This document shows positions 29,130-38,409 of a stretch of DNA of 64,000 bases, in pieces. A program made the translations under genes and the position numbers. The DNA is taken from positions 5,658-69,657 of the forward strand of contig JAEXRW010000037.1 in assembly GCA_023454175.1 (NCBI GenBank). The letters run 5' to 3'. Positions within the stretch are counted from its first letter, which is position 1. Each line of letters begins with the position of its first letter. The stretch comes from Bacillota bacterium (GTDB lineage: Bacteria > Bacillota > Clostridia > Christensenellales > JAEXRW01). The notes under the pieces are model-generated. The model saw only the letters and a list, made by a program, of their open reading frames with translations, did no database searches and had not been told where the DNA came from.

Positions 29130-30182
29130 ATGAAAATGAAAGCTGCAATGTTTGAAAAGCCGGACGTCATCACCATCAAGGAGATACCGGTACCCGATAT
29201 CAACGACAACGAAGTACTCATCAAAGTGAAATACACCGGCATCTGCGGAACGGACTGGAGCATTTACAAGGGCTATTATTCGTCGGACAAGCTGCCGCTG
29301 GTGGCGGGACATGAGTTTTCGGGCGTGGTGACCAAGGTGGGCAAAAACGCCCAGGGACTGAAAGAAGGCGACCGGGTAACGGCCGACATCAACCTGAGCT
29401 GCGGAACATGCTTTTACTGCAGGCGCGGACAGAAACTCCTCTGCCCCGAATTCACCCAGCTGGGCATCCACACCCACGGGAGCTATGCAGAATATGTGAA
29501 GGCCCCCTGGGAGCAGGTGCACATCCTCCCCGAGAACCTGGATTTCCTTTCGGGCGCATTCATCGAGCCGGTGAGCTGCGTGATCCACAGCAGCAAGGCA
29601 GCCGAGATCAAGATCGGCTCCAGCGTGGCCGTCATCGGCTGCGGGCTGGGCATCCTGCACGCAAGGCTGGCCATGCTGCGGGGCGCCGCTCCCGTGATCA
29701 TCTTCGGCGACAATGAAAAACGCCTGCAGATCGCACGGGACATGGGCGTGGACTACGCCATCAACATCAACGAGAAACCCGACATGATCGCGGAGACGCT
29801 CAAACTGACGGGCGGGCGCGGCGCGGACTATGTGATAGAAGCCGTGGGCCTCAAAAAGACGTATGAAGATGCATTCAAGATGGTGCGCAAGGGCGGCAGG
29901 GTGGTCGGATTTGGCATCGCTGCAAACGGCGTGGAGATCTCCGTGAACCCCTCCGAGATGGTGCTGGGCGAGAAGACCTTTGCAAGCTCCTGCGCGGGCG
30001 TGGGCGTGGACTGGCTGGACTCCATGGCGCTGCTGGCGCACGGCCGTATAAAACCCGAGAAGATGTTTTCCATGATCGTACCGCTGGAAGAGCTGGAAGC
30101 GGCACTGCATGAACTCAAGACCAATCCCGACCTGATCAAGGTATTCGTATCATCCGAGATCAAGGAAAGGCAAGTATTCTAA
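29130..30182 (+). CDS. zinc-dependent alcohol/polyol dehydrogenase (MDR family)
   Basis: Motifs CGTDWSIY, GHEFSG, CGTCFYCRRGQKLLC, GCGLG. The start may be 29136. Confidence 0.85.
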   Translation: MKMKAAMFEKPDVITIKEIPVPDINDNEVLIKVKYTGICGTDWSIYKGYYSSDKLPLVAGHEFSGVVTKVGKNAQGLKEGDRVTADINLSCGTCFYCRRGQKLLCPEFTQLGIHTHGSYAEYVKAPWEQVHILPENLDFLSGAFIEPVSCVIHSSKAAEIKIGSSVAVIGCGLGILHARLAMLRGAAPVIIFGDNEKRLQIARDMGVDYAININEKPDMIAETLKLTGGRGADYVIEAVGLKKTYEDAFKMVRKGGRVVGFGIAANGVEISVNPSEMVLGEKTFASSCAGVGVDWLDSMALLAHGRIKPEKMFSMIVPLEELEAALHELKTNPDLIKVFVSSEIKERQVF

Positions 30183-30250
30183 GGTGTATGAAAGTGCGGG
30201 GCGGCTTTCCAGCCGCCCTGTGCGTTCAATGTTTGTGGGGGGTACTATCC

Positions 30251-30994
30251 ATGATAGACAAGAGCAGCCCGGTGCCTTTATACCACCAGATCAGGCAGGA
30301 TATAAAGGCCAAGATCAAAAGCGAGAAATTCCCGGTGAACCAGCCCATCCCTTCGGAGAGCGAATTGATGGTGCATTATAACGTGAGCCGCATGACGGTG
30401 CGCCTCGCAATCGATGAGCTGGAAAAAGAGGGGTATGTGAAAAAGATCCAGGGCAAGGGCACATACGTCAAGAAGCGGAAAATGACCCAGCAGCTCAACA
30501 CCATCACCAGCTGGACCGAGACGATGCTCGCCCAGGGGCTGAACCCGGTGACCACAAGCATCAGCACGGACGAAATCGAGGCCTCGGAAGAACTGGCAGA
30601 GCAGATGCAAATAGACCCGGGCATCCGGCTCTACAGCATCCACCGCGTGAAAAGCGTGGAAGGAGAGCCCATCGGCATCTCACAGGTGTACCTGGTGGCG
30701 GATGTGGCGCCCGGACTAACGGATATGCCGCAGATACGGGACTCCATCTACTCCGTGCTGGAATCGGTGTACAATGTGGACCTGGCTTCGGCCACGGAAA
30801 CGGTGGAAGCGCATGCCGCGGAGAAAGAGGAAGCCCGGCTTTTGAATATCAAGGAGGGGGAACCCGTCATCTGCGTGACGCGGCTGACATATGACTCCTT
30901 CGGCAAAGTCATCGAGCTGGTCCAGATCACCTCCCGCGCGGACCGGTATGCCTACACCATCACCCTGAGCGGGCGCAAACGCAAACAGGACTAA
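30251..30994 (+). CDS. GntR family transcriptional regulator (HutC subfamily, UTRA effector domain)
   Basis: ATG 30251 follows GGGGGG. N-terminal PLYHQIRQDIKAKI...LPSESELMVHYNVSRMTVRLAIDELEKEGYV, followed by a UTRA-like C-terminus. Confidence 0.85.
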   Translation: MIDKSSPVPLYHQIRQDIKAKIKSEKFPVNQPIPSESELMVHYNVSRMTVRLAIDELEKEGYVKKIQGKGTYVKKRKMTQQLNTITSWTETMLAQGLNPVTTSISTDEIEASEELAEQMQIDPGIRLYSIHRVKSVEGEPIGISQVYLVADVAPGLTDMPQIRDSIYSVLESVYNVDLASATETVEAHAAEKEEARLLNIKEGEPVICVTRLTYDSFGKVIELVQITSRADRYAYTITLSGRKRKQD

Positions 30995-31015
30995 AAACCA
31001 GGAGCATACAAGCAA

Positions 31016-31405
31016 ATGAAGATACAAGGCTTTAACCATATCGGCATCAACATCACGGACATCGAAAAGTCCCTGGCATTTTACCGCGACGTATTAAAGG
31101 CAAACGTGCAGTTCTCGGCCAAAATGGACGATTGCACCATCACCTACCTGCTGCTTCCCAGCGGGGAGCGCATCGAGCTTTTTGACTATTACGGAAAAAA
31201 CAAAACGAACCCGCCCGAGGAGAGCCAGGCGGGCTACCGCCATATCGCCATTCAGGTGGATGATACCGATGCGTGGGAGGAATGGCTGAGGCAGAATGAG
31301 GTACCCATCGTACTGGCCTCGACGGATATCGCGGCGCTGCACGTGCGCGTGCTGCTTTTCAAGGACCCGGACGGGACGGTGCTGGAATTCTGCAAACCGA
31401 TTTAG
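31016..31405 (+). CDS. VOC family protein (glyoxalase/bleomycin resistance/dioxygenase fold)
   Basis: 129 aa with NHIGINITDIEKSLAFY and HIAIQVDD motifs. Confidence 0.75.
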   Translation: MKIQGFNHIGINITDIEKSLAFYRDVLKANVQFSAKMDDCTITYLLLPSGERIELFDYYGKNKTNPPEESQAGYRHIAIQVDDTDAWEEWLRQNEVPIVLASTDIAALHVRVLLFKDPDGTVLEFCKPI

Positions 31406-31408
31406 CTC

Positions 31409-31501
31409 AGTTGAGAGTTGACAGTTGAGAGTTGCGGAATGCCCTTCGGGCATGGACCCCATGAGTTGATAGTTAAGAGCTGAGGGGTGCCCTTCGGGCA
31501 T
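31409..31501 (+). repeat. two tandem stop-heptad/hairpin units
   Basis: AGTTGAG AGTTGAC AGTTGAG AGTTGCG then ATGCCC-TTC-GGGCAT (31439..31453). Next AGTTGAT AGTTAAG AGCTGAG then TGCCC-TTC-GGGCA (31488..31500). Starts 4 nt after stop 31405. Confidence 0.85.
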
Positions 31502-31622
31502 GAATTCATAGAAAATTAAAAAGCACGAGCGCAAATTTGTGATATAACAAGGGTGGACCCTATATACAATCATTATATCGATATATCGATATCATTTGTA
31601 ACAACCAGAGGAGCGTTAAAGT

Positions 31623-33155
31623 ATGGACAGGATCATCGCATACGATCTGGGAACGGGGGGCATAAAAGCCTCGCTGTATGATGAAAAGGGCGTATCGCTG
31701 GCGGCGAGCTTTGAACCCTATGACACCCATTACACCGGTGCGCTGCTGCACGAACAGAAGCCGGAGGACTGGTGGAACGGCGTGATCGTAAGCACGAAAA
31801 AGCTGCTGGAGAAAAGCGGCGTGAAACCGTCAGACGTGGCGGGGCTTTCGATATCGGGGCACAGCCTGGGCGTGATCCCTGTGGACAAAGACGGTGCATT
31901 GCTGCGCGACAAGACGCCCATCTGGTCGGACGCGCGGGCGCGGGAGCAGGCAAAGAAATTTTTTTCCGGATACAGTTTTGACGAGTGGTATATGAAAACG
32001 GGGAACGGGTTCCCGGCGGAACTCTACGCCATATTCAAAATCATGTGGTACAAGGACAACGAGCCGGAGGTATACGCAAAGACGTACAAGTTTCTCGGCA
32101 CGAAGGACTACATCAATTACCGCCTGACGGGCGTGATGCTGACGGACCAGTCCTACGCATCGGGCAGCGGCGTTTACGACCTGGCTGGCGGCGGATACGA
32201 CGAAGCCATGATCGCGGCATCGGGCATAGACCCGCGCAAATTAACGGACATCGTACCCTCCACACACCTGGTGGGCACCATTACCAAGGAAGCGGCACTG
32301 GCGAGCGGGCTTGCTGCGGGGACCAGAGTCTACTGCGGGGGCGTGGACAACAGCTGCATGGCGCTGGGGGCCACATGCTACAAGGCCGGACGTGCGTACA
32401 CCTCCCTGGGTAGCTCGGCCTGGATCGCCGTATCCACCCCGAAACCCCTGGTGGACATCCAGATCAAACCCTTCATCTTTGCGCATGTGGCGCCGGGGCA
32501 ATTCGCTTCGGCGGTATCGATATTTTCCGCGGGCAACTCCTTTCGCTGGATCCGCGACAACATTTGCAGGGACCTCATCCTCAAAGCCAAAAGCGAGAAC
32601 ACAGACCCATATGTCCTGATGGGCGAACTGGCGCAGCAATCCCCCATCGGCTCCAACAAACTGATCTTCAACCCCAACCTGGCGGGGGGCGCAGCTTACG
32701 AGTACAGCCCCAACATCCGGGGCGGATACTGCGGGCTGGTCCTGGGCCATACGACCAGCGACATGGTCCGGGCCGCGATGGAAGGCATCGCGATGAACCT
32801 GGGCGTGGTGCTGGAACTGCTTCGTTCCCTGACGGACGTATCGGACGACATGATCTTCGTGGGCGGGGGAAGCAAGAGCGAATTCTGGCGGCAGATCTTC
32901 GCGGACGTGTACCGCTGCAATATCGTAAAGACCAATATCGATCAGGATGCCGCCTCCCTGGGCGCGGCTGCACTGGCCGCGGTGGGCCTGGGCCTGTGGA
33001 AGGATTTCGCGCCGGTGGACGAGGCGCATGCCATCCAAGACATCCGCAAACCCATTGAAGGCAACGTGGAAGCGTATCAACGGTATATGGAAGCCTTCCG
33101 GAAGGCAGCCGTGCATTTCGCGCAGATGGGCGACATGCTGCACGGGATGGATTGA
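31623..33155 (+). CDS. FGGY family carbohydrate kinase
   Basis: N-terminal IAYDLGTGGIKA and C-terminal GGGSKS; 510 aa. Confidence 0.85.
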   Translation: MDRIIAYDLGTGGIKASLYDEKGVSLAASFEPYDTHYTGALLHEQKPEDWWNGVIVSTKKLLEKSGVKPSDVAGLSISGHSLGVIPVDKDGALLRDKTPIWSDARAREQAKKFFSGYSFDEWYMKTGNGFPAELYAIFKIMWYKDNEPEVYAKTYKFLGTKDYINYRLTGVMLTDQSYASGSGVYDLAGGGYDEAMIAASGIDPRKLTDIVPSTHLVGTITKEAALASGLAAGTRVYCGGVDNSCMALGATCYKAGRAYTSLGSSAWIAVSTPKPLVDIQIKPFIFAHVAPGQFASAVSIFSAGNSFRWIRDNICRDLILKAKSENTDPYVLMGELAQQSPIGSNKLIFNPNLAGGAAYEYSPNIRGGYCGLVLGHTTSDMVRAAMEGIAMNLGVVLELLRSLTDVSDDMIFVGGGSKSEFWRQIFADVYRCNIVKTNIDQDAASLGAAALAAVGLGLWKDFAPVDEAHAIQDIRKPIEGNVEAYQRYMEAFRKAAVHFAQMGDMLHGMD

Positions 33156-33223
33156 TACCCCATCAGCTTATACTGAAGTTTAAATTACTCTCATGATAAA
33201 AAATGATGAAAGGATTGATCGTG

Positions 33224-34390
33224 ATGGCAAAAAAACTGAACATCGCTGTAGTAGGCGGGGGATTCATGGGCAAGGCGCACAGCAACGCCTGGAAGACTGC
33301 CGGAAAATTCTTTGAGATGGAATATGAACCGGTACTGAAAGTATCGGTGGACAGCAACGAAGCCGTCAAGGGCTTCGCGGACCACTGGGGATACGAAGAA
33401 TTCAGCACGAAATTCGACGAAGTGATCGCCCGCAAGGATATCGACGTGGTGGATATCTGCACACCGACATTCACGCACAAGGAGCTGGCGGTGAAGGCTG
33501 CCAATGCCGGCAAACACGTATTCTGCGAGAAACCGTGCGCGATCACCTATGCCGAAGCCAAGGAGATGCTGGAGGCCGCCAAAAAGGCCGGCGTGGTGCA
33601 TTACCTGAACCATAACTACCGCAGGGTACCCGCCGTGGCATATGCCAAGCAGATGATCGAAGAAGGCAAGCTGGGCACGATCTACCACTGGAAGGGCGCG
33701 TACCTGCAGGACTGGATCATGGACCCCAACTTCCCGCTGACATGGCACCTGAAAGAGGAGACGGCGGGTGGCGGACCGCTGTGGGACCTGAACTCCCATT
33801 CCATGGACCTGGCCCGCTTCCTAGTGGGCGAAGTGGAATCCCTCTCGGCCATCAACAAGACCTTCATCACCGAACGGCCGATACCGGGCGGGAGCACAAG
33901 CACATTCGGCGCAGTGGAGAAGGAGACCACCAGCAAGGGCAAGGTGACGGTGGACGACGCAAGCTTCCTGCTGCTGAACTTTGAAAACGGCGCGCTGGGC
34001 TCGCAGGAAGGCTCACGGTTTGCCTGCGGACGCAAAAACTACAATACGTTTGAGATCTACGGGAGCAAGGGCGCAGTATCGTTCAACTTTGAGCGCATGA
34101 ACGAGCTCCAGTACCTCGATTTCACCCAGAAGGCAACGGAACAGGGTTTCAAGACCATCATGGTGACGGAATACGCGCACCCGTACTGCAAGGCGTGGTG
34201 GGCGCCGGGCCACATCATCGGCTATGAGAACACCTTTGTCCATGCCGTGGCGGATTTCACGGACGCGGTGACGAAGGGCACATCCGTCAGCCCGAATTTC
34301 GAGGACGGCGTGAAGAACATCCAGATCCTCGAAGCCGCCAAACTCTCGAGCGCAAAAAAACAGGTCGTGAAGGTATCAGACATCAAATAA
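33224..34390 (+). CDS. Gfo/Idh/MocA family oxidoreductase
   Basis: ATG 33224. Motifs VVGGGFMGKAHS, VFCEKPCA. Paralogue of 4125..5258. Confidence 0.85.
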   Translation: MAKKLNIAVVGGGFMGKAHSNAWKTAGKFFEMEYEPVLKVSVDSNEAVKGFADHWGYEEFSTKFDEVIARKDIDVVDICTPTFTHKELAVKAANAGKHVFCEKPCAITYAEAKEMLEAAKKAGVVHYLNHNYRRVPAVAYAKQMIEEGKLGTIYHWKGAYLQDWIMDPNFPLTWHLKEETAGGGPLWDLNSHSMDLARFLVGEVESLSAINKTFITERPIPGGSTSTFGAVEKETTSKGKVTVDDASFLLLNFENGALGSQEGSRFACGRKNYNTFEIYGSKGAVSFNFERMNELQYLDFTQKATEQGFKTIMVTEYAHPYCKAWWAPGHIIGYENTFVHAVADFTDAVTKGTSVSPNFEDGVKNIQILEAAKLSSAKKQVVKVSDIK

Positions 34391-34520
34391 CCGTGCAGTA
34401 CCGGCGCGCATAATACAGGCGTGCATATGGCAGCGAATCCCTCCTCCTGCCGTAAGCACGCCAACCGATCCGACAGATAGGCTCCAAAGAGAGGCTCAAG
34501 CGACGAAAGGAAGATGAGCA

Positions 34521-35846
34521 ATGAAAACAAGATTATTGCCACTTTATTTTTCCGAGACAAACGACCGTGAACGCGACGAATTCGCCGCGCAGATGGCGAG
34601 GCTCAAAGAGTATTACGGTGACTGCGCGGAATTCTTGGACCCGGTATGCATCGGGGAGAAGATCCCTGAGGCTGACGCCGTGGTATTCCCGCAGTTGATA
34701 TTCCAGGCATTCCGGCAGGCAGACATACTGAAGAGGATCAAACTCCCGATGATCGTACTGACCTCACGCTTCGGGACGGTGGAGATGTGGGACTGGGAGA
34801 TCATCACATACCTGCGGGACGAGGGCCTGACAATATTTTCTCCATACAACATCGAACTGGCCAAGACCATCATACGGGCCGTAGGCGTGAAGAAAATGCT
34901 GAACGGCGCGAAATTCCTGATGATGCAGGACAGCCCGGGCGAGGGCATGCAGGCCAACATCTTCAAACGCTTTTACTGGTGGGAGAAGGAATGCTCGGAG
35001 AACATGGAAAAGGTCTTCGGCATCAAGATCATCTACAGGAGCTGGAAGGAAGTATCGGACAAGGCCGCCAGGATCACGGACGATGCGGCGCGGGAAGCGG
35101 CCAAAGATTGGGACGTGTGCAAGGAAGGCGTGTGCGAAGCCAATTACCTGAAGGCCGTGAAGATATACATGGGCGTGAAGGACGTCATCAACGAGATCGG
35201 CGGGGTGCAGGGCGTGGGCAGCAACTGCCTGAACGAATCCTTCAACTGCTTTACCACACCCTGCCTGGCATGGAACATGATCTTTGAAAAGGATGACATC
35301 ATCTGGGCGTGCGAAGGGGACACCGTATCCCTTTTGACGAAATTCATCCTGTACCGCTCGCTCAAATCCCCCATCATGATGACCAACATCTACCCCTTCC
35401 TGGTGGGGATGGCGGCGCTGGCCCATGAAAAGATCGATAAATTCCCCGACATCAAAGATCCCGACAACCATGCGCTGGGCGTGCACTGCGGCTATTTCGG
35501 GCTGGCACCGCAGTCTTTCTGCACCGAATGGACGCTGCGGCCCAAAGTGCTGGGAATCGTGGACGACAACGCAATCGCAGTGGACTGCCGGATGGCGACG
35601 GGGAAGGCGACGCTGGCCAAGGTATTCCCGAGCTTCAAGAAGATATTGATCGTATCGGCGGAGATCGAGGATTATGTGCAATACCCCGGATCGGACTGCA
35701 GGAACGGCGCGCTGATCCGCTACAACGACGGGCACAGGGTGATGGAGAGCTTCAGCTCCCACCATATCCTGATCCTGACAGGGGACAAGAAGCCGGAACT
35801 CATCCAGCTGGCAAAGGTATTTGGGTGGGAAGTAGAAGCGATCTAA
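34521..35846 (+). CDS. hypothetical protein, possible distant L-fucose/L-arabinose isomerase superfamily member
   Basis: Clean 441-aa ORF with RBS GAAAGGAAG. The weak family call rests only on size, context and a C-terminal SSHH motif reminiscent of FucI/AraA C-terminal domains. Confidence 0.45.
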   Translation: MKTRLLPLYFSETNDRERDEFAAQMARLKEYYGDCAEFLDPVCIGEKIPEADAVVFPQLIFQAFRQADILKRIKLPMIVLTSRFGTVEMWDWEIITYLRDEGLTIFSPYNIELAKTIIRAVGVKKMLNGAKFLMMQDSPGEGMQANIFKRFYWWEKECSENMEKVFGIKIIYRSWKEVSDKAARITDDAAREAAKDWDVCKEGVCEANYLKAVKIYMGVKDVINEIGGVQGVGSNCLNESFNCFTTPCLAWNMIFEKDDIIWACEGDTVSLLTKFILYRSLKSPIMMTNIYPFLVGMAALAHEKIDKFPDIKDPDNHALGVHCGYFGLAPQSFCTEWTLRPKVLGIVDDNAIAVDCRMATGKATLAKVFPSFKKILIVSAEIEDYVQYPGSDCRNGALIRYNDGHRVMESFSSHHILILTGDKKPELIQLAKVFGWEVEAI

Positions 35847-35912
35847 TAATTAATAATTAAGAGTTAAGAATTAAGAATTGAGGTGTCAAGGGCGAATCAT
35901 AATTCGCCCTTG
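35844..35912 (+). repeat. stop-heptad array (AATTAAT AATTAAG AGTTAAG AATTAAG AATTGAG) plus 11-bp hairpin CAAGGGCGAAT/ATTCGCCCTTG
   Basis: The gene stop TAA 35844..35846 starts the array. Hairpin 35887..35912 checked by hand. Confidence 0.85.
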
Positions 35913-36054
35913 GACAATCCATATGCGCTTCGCGGCAACGGTTCAAACCACCGCAGGCGGCAAAACAAAATGGGCTGCCGGCAAACAGCAGCCCTACGGG
36001 TATGATACAGACTGTTGCAGATAATAACAGAAGATTTATGGAGGCAATTCAAAC

Positions 36055-36693
36055 ATGCATGAAATGATCGAGAAACTGGCCAAATATGTACTGGTCCCTG
36101 TTATCAAGATAGACCGGGTGGAGGACGCCGTGCCGCTGTGCAGGACATTGAAGGAGGGCGGGCTGCCGGTGGCGGAGATCACATTTCGTACGGACGCCGC
36201 CGAGGAATCCATCCGCAGGGTGAACAAGGAATACCCCGATATCCTGCTGGGCGCGGGCACGGTATTAACCGTGGACCAAGTCAAAAGGGCAGTTGATGCA
36301 GGCGCGGGATACATCATCTCTCCCGGCTTTTCGCGCAGTGTCGTGGAATACTGCGGAAAAAACAACATCGCCGTGACGCCCGGCGCCATTACGCCCACCG
36401 AGATCCAGTACCTGATCGAATACGGGCTGGACGTGGCGAAATTTTTCCCGGCGGAGCAGGCGGGCGGCGTGAATATGATCAAGGCCCTGGCCGCACCCTT
36501 CCCGCAGATGAAATTCATTCCCACGGGCGGCATCAGCGCGAAGAACGTGCTGGATTACCTGGCATTCAAAAAGGTGGTCGCATGCGGCGGGAGCTGGATG
36601 GTGAAGGACGACCTGATCAAGGCCGGAGAATTTGACAAGATACGGGAACTGGTTGTCGAGGCGGTCAAACTGGTCAAATCAATTGACAATTGA
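36055..36693 (+). CDS. eda: 2-dehydro-3-deoxyphosphogluconate / 4-hydroxy-2-oxoglutarate aldolase
   Basis: 212 aa with VPVIKI, AEITFRT, GAGTV and FIPTGGIS motifs of the KDPG aldolase family. Confidence 0.85.
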   Translation: MHEMIEKLAKYVLVPVIKIDRVEDAVPLCRTLKEGGLPVAEITFRTDAAEESIRRVNKEYPDILLGAGTVLTVDQVKRAVDAGAGYIISPGFSRSVVEYCGKNNIAVTPGAITPTEIQYLIEYGLDVAKFFPAEQAGGVNMIKALAAPFPQMKFIPTGGISAKNVLDYLAFKKVVACGGSWMVKDDLIKAGEFDKIRELVVEAVKLVKSIDN

Positions 36694-36776
36694 CAATTGA
36701 CAATTGACAATGAAGGTAAGCCCTGCAGAGGATTTAATAATTAAGAATTAAGAATTTTGATGAGCCCTGCGGGGAA
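36681..36776 (+). repeat. two tandem stop-heptad/hairpin units
   Basis: AATTGAC x4 plus AATGAAG (36681..36715), with the eda stop TGA 36691..36693 inside unit 2. Then ATTTAAT AATTAAG AATTAAG AATTTTG (36732..36759) and CCC-TGC-GGG at 36765..36774. Confidence 0.85.
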
Positions 36777-36805
36777 TTAAAACATTAAACAACAAGGGAT
36801 GCAAG

Positions 36806-37759
36806 ATGGGAACTGTACGAACGGTGACGGGAGACATAGACAGCGGGACCCTGGGCCACTGCCAATGCCATGAACATATCTTCCTTGCGAAGGGGAAATC
36901 CTATGAAGTGAACCCCGCGCTGTGGATGGACGACGAGGCCGCCTCCAGAAGGGAACTGAACCTGTATAAAGAGGCGGGGGGCGGTACGATCGTGGACGCG
37001 CAGCCTGTGGGGGGCGGATCAATGCCCCGGCAGCTTTACGACGCGTCCGTGACCACGGGTATCCGGATCGTGGCATCCACGGGCTTTCACAAGCTGATTT
37101 TTTACCCCGAAGACCACTGGCTTTTCACTGCCGAAGCGGACGAAATAGCCGAATATTTCACCTATGACATCACCATCGGCATGGCGGGGGACGCAGACAA
37201 TGACAGGCCTTTTTACCGTTATGGGACGAGAGCCGGCATCATCAAATGCGCGCTGGACATGCAGGGGCTGGAAGGGGTATACACCAAGCTTTTCCGGGCG
37301 GCAGTGAACGCGCATATGGCAACGAACGCGCCCATCATGGTACACACCGAGGACGGCGCGCACGCCGGGGAACTGGTGGACTTCATGACCGGCCTGGGGG
37401 TCTTGCCCGAAAAGCTGATTCTGTGCCACATGGAACGGAGCGTCACGCGCATGGATGAAAAGATCCGGGCGGCGAAGACGGGCGTGTACCTGCAGTGCGA
37501 CACCATCGCACGGTACAAGTACCACAACGACGAGGACGAGGCGCTTTTCCTCAAGCGCATGTGCGATGAAGGGTTGGAGGAGAGGCTCCTGCTCGGACTG
37601 GACACCACCCGGCAGCGGCTGAAGAGCTACGGCGGAGAAACGGGGCTGGACTATATCCTGACGGATTTCCTGCCGCTGCTGAAAAAACAAGGGTTTTCAG
37701 ATGAACAGCTGCACAGATTCTGTGCGGAGAACCCGGCGCAGGCGCTGTGCATCACATAG
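36806..37759 (+). CDS. phosphotriesterase-related protein (PTE/PHP amidohydrolase family, likely sugar-lactone hydrolase)
   Basis: N-terminal metal motif GHCQCHEH; an amidohydrolase (beta/alpha)8 family of about 315 aa. Confidence 0.7.
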   Translation: MGTVRTVTGDIDSGTLGHCQCHEHIFLAKGKSYEVNPALWMDDEAASRRELNLYKEAGGGTIVDAQPVGGGSMPRQLYDASVTTGIRIVASTGFHKLIFYPEDHWLFTAEADEIAEYFTYDITIGMAGDADNDRPFYRYGTRAGIIKCALDMQGLEGVYTKLFRAAVNAHMATNAPIMVHTEDGAHAGELVDFMTGLGVLPEKLILCHMERSVTRMDEKIRAAKTGVYLQCDTIARYKYHNDEDEALFLKRMCDEGLEERLLLGLDTTRQRLKSYGGETGLDYILTDFLPLLKKQGFSDEQLHRFCAENPAQALCIT

Positions 37760-37820
37760 CGATGTGCATCACATTGAAACCAATGGAATATTACAAATAG
37801 ATTGAAGGAGAATTGAACAA

Positions 37821-38396
37821 ATGGGCTACGACGTAAGCAAACCGAGCGTATTCGCATTTGACATGCAGACGGGACTGAGCGCAAAACAACCCGCGTCCAA
37901 ACGCTTCCTCTCCCACATGAAGGGCATGTACGCAGACGACAAGGCGCTGGCAGCGATGATGGAGAAGGAAAACACGCTGGTGTACGAATTCAACGAAATG
38001 GGCGTGCCCGAACACGAAGGGGATATAGCCTTCGGCACAAGTATCATCTACCCCGGCACGGTGGGCGGCGAGTACTTCATGACGAAGGGGCATTTCCACA
38101 CCATCCTGGATACGGCGGAAGTCTACCTGTGCATCCAGGGCCGCGGCCTGATCCTGATGGAGAACCCCGAGGGGGAGTGGGGATATGAAGTGATCACCCC
38201 GGGCCAGATGGCGTATGTGCCCAAACGCTGGGCGCACCGCAGCATCAACATCGGCAAGGAACCGTTCGTACAGTTTTTCGCCTTCCGCGCAGACGCGGGG
38301 CACGACTACGGCACCATCGAGACCAAGGGTTTCCGCAAGCTGGTGGTGGAGAAAAACGGGGAATTTGCCATCATCGACAACCCCAAGTGGAAGTGA
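37821..38396 (+). CDS. cupin-type (archaeal-type) glucose-6-phosphate isomerase family protein
   Basis: From memory of Pyrococcus cPGI: TKGHFH...AEVY, YVP..WAHR..NIG.EPF, ADAGHDYGTI..KGF, DNPKWK are all present in a 191-aa cupin. Confidence 0.8.
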   Translation: MGYDVSKPSVFAFDMQTGLSAKQPASKRFLSHMKGMYADDKALAAMMEKENTLVYEFNEMGVPEHEGDIAFGTSIIYPGTVGGEYFMTKGHFHTILDTAEVYLCIQGRGLILMENPEGEWGYEVITPGQMAYVPKRWAHRSINIGKEPFVQFFAFRADAGHDYGTIETKGFRKLVVEKNGEFAIIDNPKWK

Positions 38397-38409
38397 GGAC
38401 TGAAACGAA

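Noticed and set aside
29076-30110. 344-aa minus-strand ORF, with similar long antisense ORFs at 6342..7313, 34764..35765, 38371..39366, 43195..44043 and 44656..45300
   Set aside because: All lie opposite genes with strong family signatures and show the skewed amino-acid composition of antisense frames in GC-rich DNA.
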